Shown here: positions 20,098 through 29,400 of the stretch, piece after piece
Layout of the letters: each line of letters starts with the position of its first letter
Position numbering within the stretch: the first letter of the stretch is position 1
Assembly (NCBI GenBank): GCA_037134015.1
Contig: JBAXNB010000001.1
Coordinates: forward strand, 1-44,209
Length of the DNA: 44,209 nt
Direction of reading: 5' to 3'
From: Betaproteobacteria bacterium
GTDB lineage: Bacteria; Pseudomonadota; Gammaproteobacteria; Burkholderiales; Burkholderiaceae_C
The notes under the pieces: model-generated
Database searches by the model: none
The model's input: the letters and a program-made list of their open reading frames with translations, nothing else
What the model was told of the DNA's origin: nothing
Made by a program: the position numbers and the translations under genes

Positions 20098-20907
20098 TTA
20101 ATTTACTGAAGTCACCGATTTACCGAAAGTGATAAAGTCCTCAGGTAAAGTCGGAAGTGCATGAAATTTAGCGCCTTTCATCCACAAAATCAAGGCCTGA
20201 AAGTGAATTTTCAAAATCACACCAAATGTCATCAAAGGGTAGCGTAAAAGTGCTTTTCTTTTACTCATTTTTGATAACTCTTCCAAGATACCACTCACAC
20301 TGGTTTTAAGTAACAATCCTTTGTCATCCAAATAATCGATCCTGACAAGCATCTTTAAACCATTCAAGCTTTTGTCTTTATCGTTCTGACTTGACATAAA
20401 TCTAAATCGATACTCTCCCTCTGTTTGTATAAATGGGGACACATGAAAAACTTTTTTTGCAAAATATTCTTGTCCAAGTTTTGGCGATTCAATCAAGTAA
20501 CAATGCCTTTGACCAAACGTATTATTGACCTCGACCAAAACAACTTTCAGTTCCTTGTTCTCACTATAACCATACCAAAAACTCACAGGTTTAAATGCGT
20601 ATCCCCAAACCCGTGGAAAACACTGCAGCCAAATTTCACCATCCACGCCAGTAATACCATATTGATCTAAAACGTTTTCAAACCACTCAAGTGAACTACG
20701 TCCTTTTGGGGATGTAGGATCGCCATGGTCTGCATCATAAAAAGACAAACCAGAAAATTTATTGATGGTCAAAAATGGATGGGTAGATGGACTCAATCGA
20801 CGCATTGGCAAATAGATAAAGTAACTAGGATAGTTGAAATGATGGCGTTTTGGTCGACTCCTTTCGTGCCTAACCTGTCCAAAACCGATGTAAGCTTGCT
20901 CCGTCAC
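20098..20907 (-). CDS. DUF1365-family protein (UfaO/RSP1090-like)
   Basis: GQVRHER.RP..HHF.Y, PRVWGYAFKPVSF, EVNNTFGQRH.Y, KVFHVSPF, IHFQAL.LW.KG. Confidence 0.9.
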   Translation of the reverse strand: MTEQAYIGFGQVRHERSRPKRHHFNYPSYFIYLPMRRLSPSTHPFLTINKFSGLSFYDADHGDPTSPKGRSSLEWFENVLDQYGITGVDGEIWLQCFPRVWGYAFKPVSFWYGYSENKELKVVLVEVNNTFGQRHCYLIESPKLGQEYFAKKVFHVSPFIQTEGEYRFRFMSSQNDKDKSLNGLKMLVRIDYLDDKGLLLKTSVSGILEELSKMSKRKALLRYPLMTFGVILKIHFQALILWMKGAKFHALPTLPEDFITFGKSVTSVN

Positions 20908-22247
20908 ACAAGCACTCCTAAGTTCAAGTCCTTGATGATTTTGTTCGCAGCGAGTTTACCCGCTTGTAAGCCGTCTTCGTGAAATCCATAACCCATCCAT
21001 GCTCCAGCAAACCAAGTCTTCTTGTGACCATTTATTTCTGCCATTTTGGCTTGCGCTCTGACGGCCTTTTCATCTAGAACTGGGTGCGCATATTGGATGC
21101 GCTTCAGTATCTTACTTTCATCAATATGACGGCGCTGATTCAATGTAACAAATAGATTTTCCTTGAATGGAAGGGGTTGAAGTTTGTTGATCCAGTAATG
21201 CAAGCATACGCCGGTGTCCCTGGACTGATCCGACACATGTAAATTTTCAAAATTCCAAGCAGCCCAAGCAATTTTCTTACTGGGCATGATCGATTGATCC
21301 ATATGAAGAATTGCTTCATTTTGTTTTGTTTTGATACATTCTAGAATTTCAAGCTCTTTGATGCTTGGATCACCCAAAACTCTTATCGCTTGCGGCGCAT
21401 GCGTCGCTAGGACAACAGCATCAAATTCTTCAAAGCGGGTTTCTGTGTAAACACGTACTTTTTCATTGCCGTCCTTTTGAAATCTTTCAATTTTTACTAC
21501 TTCACAATTTAATCGCTTATCGACTATTTGATCTGTAATTTTTTTGACATAGTTCTTGGAGCCACCTTCTACTGTAAACCATTGCGGTCTATTTTGGACT
21601 TGCAAAAGTCCATGGTTATGACAAAAGCGAGCTAAGCTGATGGCTGGAAATTCAAGCATAGTTTCTGGCTCACAACTCCAGATACATCCAAGCATTGGCA
21701 ATAAATAACCTTCTTGAAATATCTTACCAAACTTATTATTTTTTAAATACTCTTTCAAATTCAGTGAGTAGTTTTGATCCAGATTCGAGCTTGAGAAATT
21801 TTGTACATAATTTGTTGTCAATTCATTGAATCTGATGATTTCTTTCAAGAGCAACCAGAACTTAAAGCTAAAAATATTTTTTCTCTGAGCAAAAACTGAA
21901 TTTAAATTAGAACCGCTCCACTCAAGTTTTCTGCTGAGCCAATCTACTTTGGCTTGAACAGAAAATGACATGTCTGATGGGAATGTCTTCACATTCATTT
22001 CTTCAAACATTTGTATCAATCCAGGATAGGTTCTTTCATTGAAGACCAAAAATCCTGTATCAACACCATAGGTTTCAATGATATTTTTTGTTGTCTCTAG
22101 TGCTACATCTACCGTATTTGCATGACCACCGAAATAATCTTGTTTTTCGTAAAGGGTAACTTCGACTTTATCGCGCAAAAAATAAGCCACAGATAAACCG
22201 GAAACCCCGGAACCAACAATGGCTACTTTTTTATTGAAAACACTCAT
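20904..22247 (-). CDS. FAD-dependent oxidoreductase, COG2907-type (UfaD/RSP1091-like)
   Basis: VAIVGSGVSGL, GGHANT, VDTGFLVFNERTYP, SDMSFSV, YAHP, GAWMGYGFHEDG. Confidence 0.9.
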   Translation of the reverse strand: MSVFNKKVAIVGSGVSGLSVAYFLRDKVEVTLYEKQDYFGGHANTVDVALETTKNIIETYGVDTGFLVFNERTYPGLIQMFEEMNVKTFPSDMSFSVQAKVDWLSRKLEWSGSNLNSVFAQRKNIFSFKFWLLLKEIIRFNELTTNYVQNFSSSNLDQNYSLNLKEYLKNNKFGKIFQEGYLLPMLGCIWSCEPETMLEFPAISLARFCHNHGLLQVQNRPQWFTVEGGSKNYVKKITDQIVDKRLNCEVVKIERFQKDGNEKVRVYTETRFEEFDAVVLATHAPQAIRVLGDPSIKELEILECIKTKQNEAILHMDQSIMPSKKIAWAAWNFENLHVSDQSRDTGVCLHYWINKLQPLPFKENLFVTLNQRRHIDESKILKRIQYAHPVLDEKAVRAQAKMAEINGHKKTWFAGAWMGYGFHEDGLQAGKLAANKIIKDLNLGVLV

Positions 22248-22255
22248 TTTCTTGA

Positions 22256-22867
22256 TTACTTAATATGCTTTTCATTCAAGCTCAGCTCTACGTCTTTAAT
22301 AAATGATTTATCTTGCGGCCCAGTCATGCTTCCATAGCTCTTAATTATTTGTCCATCTCTAGAGATAAGGTACTTGTAAAAATTCCACTTTGGCGTTGTT
22401 TTAGTTGCGACGGCTAAATCTTTGTATAGTTTTGAGGCTGACTCTCCTTTGACCGCTGTTTTTGTAAACATCGGAAACTTGACTCCAAATGTATTTTCAC
22501 AAAAGTCAGCAATTTGTTGATTGCTCTCAGGCTCTTGGGCAAAGTCGTTGGAAGGAAAACCTAAGACAACCAGTCCGTCACCCTTATACTTTTCATACAA
22601 GGCTTCCAGACCTTTGTATTGAGGCGTAAAGCCACAATAACTTGCAGTATTGACGATCAAAACAACTTTTCCAGTGTATTGACACAAGCTTTGAGGCTTT
22701 TCGTCTTGTAACCTCAATACGTTTTGATTCAAGATAGATGGACACTTTGTCATCGAAACCTCATCAGCAAATGCTGCTGCATTTGACTTGGTTTGCGAGA
22801 ATGCAGTGTCATGGATCGACACTTGACATGCAAGTATCAATAAAATGGATAGAGTATTTTTTTTCAT
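22256..22867 (-). CDS. Cys-type glutathione peroxidase with N-terminal signal peptide
   Basis: VNTASYCGFTPQY, LGFPSNDF, KWNFYKYLI; MKK plus hydrophobic leader. Confidence 0.92.
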   Translation of the reverse strand: MKKNTLSILLILACQVSIHDTAFSQTKSNAAAFADEVSMTKCPSILNQNVLRLQDEKPQSLCQYTGKVVLIVNTASYCGFTPQYKGLEALYEKYKGDGLVVLGFPSNDFAQEPESNQQIADFCENTFGVKFPMFTKTAVKGESASKLYKDLAVATKTTPKWNFYKYLISRDGQIIKSYGSMTGPQDKSFIKDVELSLNEKHIK

Positions 22868-23013
22868 GAATTTAAATTTATTGACTTCAGGCTTTGGCTA
22901 TTTGTATACCGGATTTTCTAATAGACAGTTTATACAACGTCACTTTTGTTGAGGATTTAAGTGTTTAGAATAACCTTCTGATACCAAGTTTATACATATT
23001 TAAACATTTACAT

Positions 23014-23517
23014 ATGAACAAACCTCAATTTTTGCAAAAAATTCTAGATCCGCATCAACTTAGCCATCACTTAAGTGGAATTAAATCTTTGGGTTCGACA
23101 GTTTTTACAAATGGTGTTTTTGATGTCCTGCATCGTGGACATGTAACTTACCTCGATTTAGCAAGTCAACTCGGTAAAACTTTAATTGTGGGTCTTAATA
23201 CGGATGCCTCTGCGCGCGCGCTAGGTAAGGGAGATGATCGTCCACTCAACACCTTGACAGACAGAATACAAGTAATTGCAGCCCTTGAAAGCGTCTCTTA
23301 CGTGACTTGGTTTGATGAAAATACCCCTCTTGAAATCATAAAAATCATCCGTCCTGACTTGCTTGTCAAGGGAGGTGACTATGACATGAGCATCTTACCT
23401 GAAACTCATTTTGTCAAGTCTTATGGAGGACATGCGCAGGTCATCAATTTTGTTGATGGATACTCTACAACGGGACTTATTGACAAAATATTAGGTAAAA
23501 AACTCAATCGCCCTTGA
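23014..23517 (+). CDS. rfaE2: D-glycero-beta-D-manno-heptose 1-phosphate adenylyltransferase (stand-alone HldE domain II)
   Basis: VFTNGVFDVLHRGH (HxGH), VGLNTD, RPLN, LVKGGDY, YSTT. Confidence 0.9.
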   Translation: MNKPQFLQKILDPHQLSHHLSGIKSLGSTVFTNGVFDVLHRGHVTYLDLASQLGKTLIVGLNTDASARALGKGDDRPLNTLTDRIQVIAALESVSYVTWFDENTPLEIIKIIRPDLLVKGGDYDMSILPETHFVKSYGGHAQVINFVDGYSTTGLIDKILGKKLNRP

Positions 23518-23522
23518 GTACT

Positions 23523-26411
23523 TCACCAATAAGCATCAAAAAAGCACAACCACAATTTTTTGATCGTTTTTTCTTCATCTTTTAAAGATCCGTCGTTGAT
23601 TTCAAAGCTTTTCTCTTGCAAGCTTGTTGCATGCTGGTTTTTTCTCAATACTCGATATGCATCCCCAGCTTGATCACCCAAGCCCAAGGGTATCAAGCCC
23701 TTGTTTTCTGCCACTTTCAACAAGCCAATATTCCCGATATTTTGTGTCAACTCTACGTGACTATTGGCATGAGCAAGTATTAAATATTGAACAACAAATT
23801 CAACATCAATCATGCCTCCAGGACTGAATTTTCCATTGAAAAAACCAATCTTGGCTTTATGCGACAACCACAGTTTTTTCCGCATTTCGAAGACATCAAC
23901 TAGCAGATTTACATTTGACCGCTTTAACGACAAGACCTCTTGCCTTATCGCTTCGAATCTTTCCTTTAATGAATTTTTGCCAACGTAAAAACGAGCTCTT
24001 GTTAAAGCTTGATGCTCCCAAGTCCATGCACTGTTTTGATCCAACTGCCTTTGATACTTTTCAAAAGCATCAAACGAACTGACCAAAAGCCCTGCACTTC
24101 CATTAGGTCTTAACGCGTTATCGATTTCATACAAGTCACCATCAGAGGTTTTCAGTGTCATCCACGAGATCAAACGCCTTGCTAAGATTGGTATTTTTTC
24201 CATTGACTCATGATCGGTTTCATCATAAAGAAGAACCAAATCCAAGTCACTTCCATATCCCAACTCTTTGCTACCTAGTTTTCCATATCCGATGATTGCC
24301 AATGGTGGGTTTTGAGATTTACTTAACAATGTATCTTGATGACTCATCCGACTCCATATCCAGCCAACACATACATTCAAGACACCTTCCGCTAACTCAG
24401 ATAAATCGTCAGAGATCTCCTCTATCGAAAGTTTCCCATTCAAATCCGCAACGAGTATCTTGAACAAGCAAGCGTGATGTTCCCTACGCAACATTCTCAA
24501 TAATTGCTCTTCATCTTCTTTTTCAGTGTTGATGTTGATAACATCTCGGCGCTTGTTCATTAATTCTATAAAGTCTTCACTTTTTAGTCTGATGGGTTTC
24601 CCATCATCATTCACCAATTGTTCAATAACACTAGGGTAATACTTTAAATAACGCCTGCACCACGACGACGCCCCCATTAAATGACTTATATCCAGCTGAA
24701 CTTTAGGGTGCTGCATTTGCAAGGATAGATAGTTCTCTCTTTTAAATATAACGTCAATCCAATCAAACCAATGATTGATTTCTATATAAGTCACTTCGGA
24801 TCGTTTAAGCCAAGCAATGTTTCTCTCAATCAACTCACAAAGCCATAAATTTTTATTTCGTTTTAACTGGTTGATTGCTTGTGTATCGGTTCTGTTTCCT
24901 TGTTCTTGCTCATTTGTGATGATCAGTTGCTTAGACCATTTTTCACACAAGTTTCTGATATTTTTAATCGCATCCATCTTCAACTCAAGATCTCTAGTTG
25001 CTTCCATTGTGATCTGTGAAGATATTTCTATTTGCTCAACAAGTTGATGACCCATGTTGATGATTACATTGTTAGCCTCTTTCTCAAATGACGAATGAAC
25101 TACCTCTTTGACTACACTCGCTGAGTTCAGCAATTGATCAAATTCATCTTGTACGTAATTGCATACGTTGACTAAAGTTTTATTCAACTGCTGTAGGTCT
25201 TCATAACCCATGGTGTCAGCAACCCATGTCAAATCACTATCTTGCTCAGGTAATTTGTGCGTTTGCTGGTCATCTAAGTATTGGATTCTGTGCTCTAAAG
25301 TTCTCAAGAATCTATAACTCACCTCCCATTGTTCACACTGATGATTTGTCATTAACTTATACGTTGACAAATATTTCAAAGCTTCGAACGTAGACCTTGT
25401 TCTTAATTCTGGTCGCGTCCCAGCATACATCACTTGAAACAATTGAACACCGAACTCAATTTCTCGAATGCCGCCACGCCCCAATTTGATATCTTTTAGA
25501 TTTGAACTGACGCTTGCTTGTTTTTGAATTTTTGAATGTATTTCTCGCAATGAATCTTTCAATTGAAAGTCAGCGTATTGCCTATAAACAAAGGAATCAA
25601 TCACTGCGTAAGCTTTTTCGCTGAACTTATTTTTAAAGATGAATTGTTCAGCTCCTAGGACTCTAGCTTTCAGCCACGCGAATCTTTCCCAGGGCCTTGC
25701 ATTTTTTTGAAAATACTCCTCCAAAGCATTTAAAGATAAAACACTTGCACTATCTTTGCCATAGGGTCGTAGGTCCAAATCAATACGAAATACAAACCCA
25801 TGCTCCGTTATCACAGAAATCATTTTTTGCATGGCCATTGACCATTTCAGATAGTACTCTTGATTTGAAATACTTTTTTGCCCACTTTTTTTAGGATCAA
25901 TTTGCGTCTGACCCTCCATCTCATAGACATACACCAGGTCAACGTCGCTCGATACATTGAGCTCTTTTGCTCCTAGCTTTCCCATTGAAATGATCGCAAT
26001 TTGGCACAGGGATCCATCATCATTGGTGGGTATGCCATATGAATGCCAAAGTTGTCCGTTGATGCTTTCGCTTGCTTTGAGCAAGGAGAACTCTGCCAAT
26101 TTGGATATTCTTGACATCACTTCTTCAAGTGATAAATCTGACTCGCAATCCAATTTAAGCAGCTCTTGCTGAACCAACTGTCTTAATATTCTTAAGCAAG
26201 TTTCGATTGGATATGTTTTTTGAAGTACTTCTAAGACCTTTTCATGTTCAAAAAGGCCAAAATGGTTGAATTCAAAGACGGATCTTTCTTTCTCATATCG
26301 GCGGCTGATGCGGTTAAAAAATCGAGAACCTAGCCTCAAATTTGCTTTCTTTTTTACAGAATTTGAATATGGCGTTAATTTTGCTTCTAACCCTGTAATA
26401 ATTGTATTCAT
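23523..26411 (-). CDS. glnE: Bifunctional glutamine synthetase adenylyltransferase/deadenylylase
   Basis: Two nucleotidyltransferase motifs (MGKLGAKELNVSSDVDL and YGKLGSKELGYGSDLDL), KLGRGGIREIEF, WEHQALTRAR. Start uncertain (ATG 26411 or TTG 26438). Confidence 0.93.
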   Translation of the reverse strand: MNTIITGLEAKLTPYSNSVKKKANLRLGSRFFNRISRRYEKERSVFEFNHFGLFEHEKVLEVLQKTYPIETCLRILRQLVQQELLKLDCESDLSLEEVMSRISKLAEFSLLKASESINGQLWHSYGIPTNDDGSLCQIAIISMGKLGAKELNVSSDVDLVYVYEMEGQTQIDPKKSGQKSISNQEYYLKWSMAMQKMISVITEHGFVFRIDLDLRPYGKDSASVLSLNALEEYFQKNARPWERFAWLKARVLGAEQFIFKNKFSEKAYAVIDSFVYRQYADFQLKDSLREIHSKIQKQASVSSNLKDIKLGRGGIREIEFGVQLFQVMYAGTRPELRTRSTFEALKYLSTYKLMTNHQCEQWEVSYRFLRTLEHRIQYLDDQQTHKLPEQDSDLTWVADTMGYEDLQQLNKTLVNVCNYVQDEFDQLLNSASVVKEVVHSSFEKEANNVIINMGHQLVEQIEISSQITMEATRDLELKMDAIKNIRNLCEKWSKQLIITNEQEQGNRTDTQAINQLKRNKNLWLCELIERNIAWLKRSEVTYIEINHWFDWIDVIFKRENYLSLQMQHPKVQLDISHLMGASSWCRRYLKYYPSVIEQLVNDDGKPIRLKSEDFIELMNKRRDVININTEKEDEEQLLRMLRREHHACLFKILVADLNGKLSIEEISDDLSELAEGVLNVCVGWIWSRMSHQDTLLSKSQNPPLAIIGYGKLGSKELGYGSDLDLVLLYDETDHESMEKIPILARRLISWMTLKTSDGDLYEIDNALRPNGSAGLLVSSFDAFEKYQRQLDQNSAWTWEHQALTRARFYVGKNSLKERFEAIRQEVLSLKRSNVNLLVDVFEMRKKLWLSHKAKIGFFNGKFSPGGMIDVEFVVQYLILAHANSHVELTQNIGNIGLLKVAENKGLIPLGLGDQAGDAYRVLRKNQHATSLQEKSFEINDGSLKDEEKTIKKLWLCFFDAYW

Positions 26412-26437
26412 TGCATATTTCCTTGCATTTGATTCCA

Positions 26438-29400
26438 ATGCTCCAATTTCCTAATTTCCAATCAATTTCAAGCCACCGTGCTTTAAATATTTTCTGGATT
26501 ATTTCCAGCGTCTTTTTTTGGCTATGCCTTGCATTTTGGACACTTCTTTTAGGCTTTGGACTTGCACTTCACTTGCTGATAGCCCCAAATATCGACCGTT
26601 TTAGAGTTGACATCGAAAACTCTATTTCTGCAAAAATAGGAACCTCGATCAAAATTGGTGAAATTCGAGCTATTTCCAATAGCCTTTTCCCTAGTTTTGA
26701 AATCCTAGACCTCGCAACATTCAATGCTGTTGGTGTTCCAATGATGCATATTAATCGGGCTTGGGTGTCTTTGTCCACTCAGTCGATCCTGCGTCTTGCA
26801 CTTGATAAACTGTACGTTGAAGATTCTGAGGTGACCCTTAAGAGGCTCGCAGATGGCACCTTAGAGTTTGCTGGTATTACCCTTCAGGACAACAGCAGCA
26901 CCGATTTATCTGATCATTTTTTCTCTATCCGAGACATCTCGGTCACCAATACACGAGTCACTTGGATCGATGAAAAAAATAAGAACCTAGAGCTGAAAGT
27001 CAATGACGTCAATTTGATCATTCAAAATGGATTGATCGACCATCAGTTTCGCTTGGATGCTTCTCCACCAACGTTTACATCAGATCGCGTTAGTTTACGT
27101 GCTCAATTTAGACAACCTCTTTTAAGCCTTCATCCTGGGCAGTGGAGTCAATGGACGGGCCAATCTTATTTTCAATCTGAGCGGTTTGATTTGGCTGAAG
27201 TTTTGTCACTTTTTGATCTACAAAGCAAATTTGAAATTTCTAAAGGGTCCGGGTGGGTAAGAGCCTGGGTTGATTTTCAAAATGGTAAAACCACCAATCA
27301 ACTTTTTGACTTTCATCTTGAAAATATTCAAACCGCATTTTTTAACCCAAGCCTTCCTTTTAATATTTCTTCAATTTCTGGAAGACTTAAAACAGCTCCT
27401 TGGCTGACAGGTCAAGAATGGTTAACCGAGCACTTAACCATGTCTTTTCTAGGTCGCAATGAAAGTTGGGATTTTTCTAATTACCGGCTTGCTATTTCTG
27501 ACTTGACAGATCCATTTGGCTCTCAAAGCAAAGGTGAGATTGAGATCCGAAATGCCAATCTTGAAAATCTCAGTAAATTTTTCAAAAATTTCCCCGCTTC
27601 CCTTCAAATCAACAAGATACTAACATCCTTGAGCATCAAAGGTAATGTTGAACACCTCAATGGTGTTTGGGGAAGCTCCAAGCCACAGGACCCGTCCAAC
27701 GTCTTGAACTCGCCTCTGCCCAAATGGCTTGAAAACTCGAAAAAACTCCTCAACCCTTTTTCCAATCGAAATCGTCAAACCGATTCAAGCTCCAGTTCTT
27801 CACCTCCAATTCATTTTGAGGCTGACAATCCATTTCAACGCATCAAGCATTTTCGCTTTAAAGGTGTTGTTGCTAATTTTGAACGCAACCCTTCACTCTC
27901 TTCCCTGTCTTTTTCTGAGTCTTCTCAAGCCAGCAACAATTTCAAAATTAAATCAACAGACTCATCCATTCAGCACCCTCTTTCAGATTATTTTTCCAAC
28001 ATACCTCACTTCAAGGGTTTAAAGGGAAGCTTTTCTTTCTCAGAGTCTTCCGGCACAGCCAAGCTTGAAATCAACAACGGATATTTAGAGCTTGCTGGAG
28101 CTTTAGAGCAAGCTTACGTAGACATCTCTCAATTTTCTTCTCATCTCGATTGGACTCTATCAGACAACAAACTTCATCTGAATGTAAGCAATGGAAGACT
28201 TGTGAACCAGAACGGGGACATGAATTTCTCATTTGACTGGAACCACCCCAAGCTTTCACAATTTAGTCCATCTTACTTAGGTCTTCTTGATTTGAATGCA
28301 AAAATTAGTAGGCTTGACGCAAAAACTTTGTACAAGTACCTGCCACTTTCGGTCAATCCCAGTGTTAGAACTTATTTAAAAGAATCTATTGTCGCTGGAT
28401 TGATTGATAAAGGAACCATCAAGATCAAAGGTCCAATAGAGTCCATACCCTATAAACATCCCTCTCAGGGCGATTTCAATATTGATGCACGCTTGAACCA
28501 TATCCATCTCAATTATGTGCCTAAAACCATTTTCAAATCATCAGCATTGTCCTTGAACGATTGGCCCGCTTTATCTGACATACAAGGTGCTCTTCAGATC
28601 AAGGGGCGTTCACTTAGCATCAACAGTCCTATTTCTACCATGGGATCGGATGACTACTCCGTTCCTTGGAATCGACTAGAAGCCAAAATCCCTGACTTGT
28701 TCGATCCAGTGCTGGATATTTCTGGTGAATCAAAAGGGCTAGGGTCCAATTATCTGTATTTGTTCAATCATTCTTCCTTGAATGCAAAATTAGGTAATCC
28801 TTTTGAGCGCGCCAAGTCAAAGGGAAATATGGAATTAAAACTAAAATTGAGTTTGCCCCTTTTACAAATCGATAAAACAAGAGTTCTTGGTACTTTAAGT
28901 TTTTTAAACAACGACCTTTTCATTTCCTCGGATATTCCCACTTTGAGTAAAACCCGTGGCAACTTATCTTTCACTGAGTCGTCCATGAGTTTTCAAAATG
29001 TGCAAACTCATACCTTGGGTGGAGATACAAAAATCGAGGGAGGCATTAAGATGTCCTCACCTGGTCAGGACAATCTCCTTCAAATCAAGGCTTTGGGCAA
29101 CGTCACTTCTGATGGCTTGGAACAATCTTGTGACATCGAGTGGGCCTCTAAACTTGGCTCACTTTCTAAGGGACAGACCAACTATACCGCTTTGTTTTCT
29201 ATTAAAAAGACGGGGGTTCCTGAGGTTTCTATTTCGTCAAACCTTCAAGGCTTGAGCTTGACTGGGCCAAGTCCATTCAATAAAAGTACTGATTCTTCAT
29301 TGCCCTTCAGTTACGAAAACTCTGTTTTAAAAGAGTTTCCAAACAATCGCTTTCTTGAAAAAATCTCTCTTGCTTTAGGTGATCAGGTGTCCATGCGCTT

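Noticed and set aside
22256-22867. Selenocysteine glutathione peroxidase
   Set aside because: The active-site codon is Cys (TGT) and the frame has no internal TGA.
22868-23013. dif site or replication origin in the AT-rich spacer
   Set aside because: I saw no XerD arm (TTATGTTAAAT) and no cluster of DnaA boxes.
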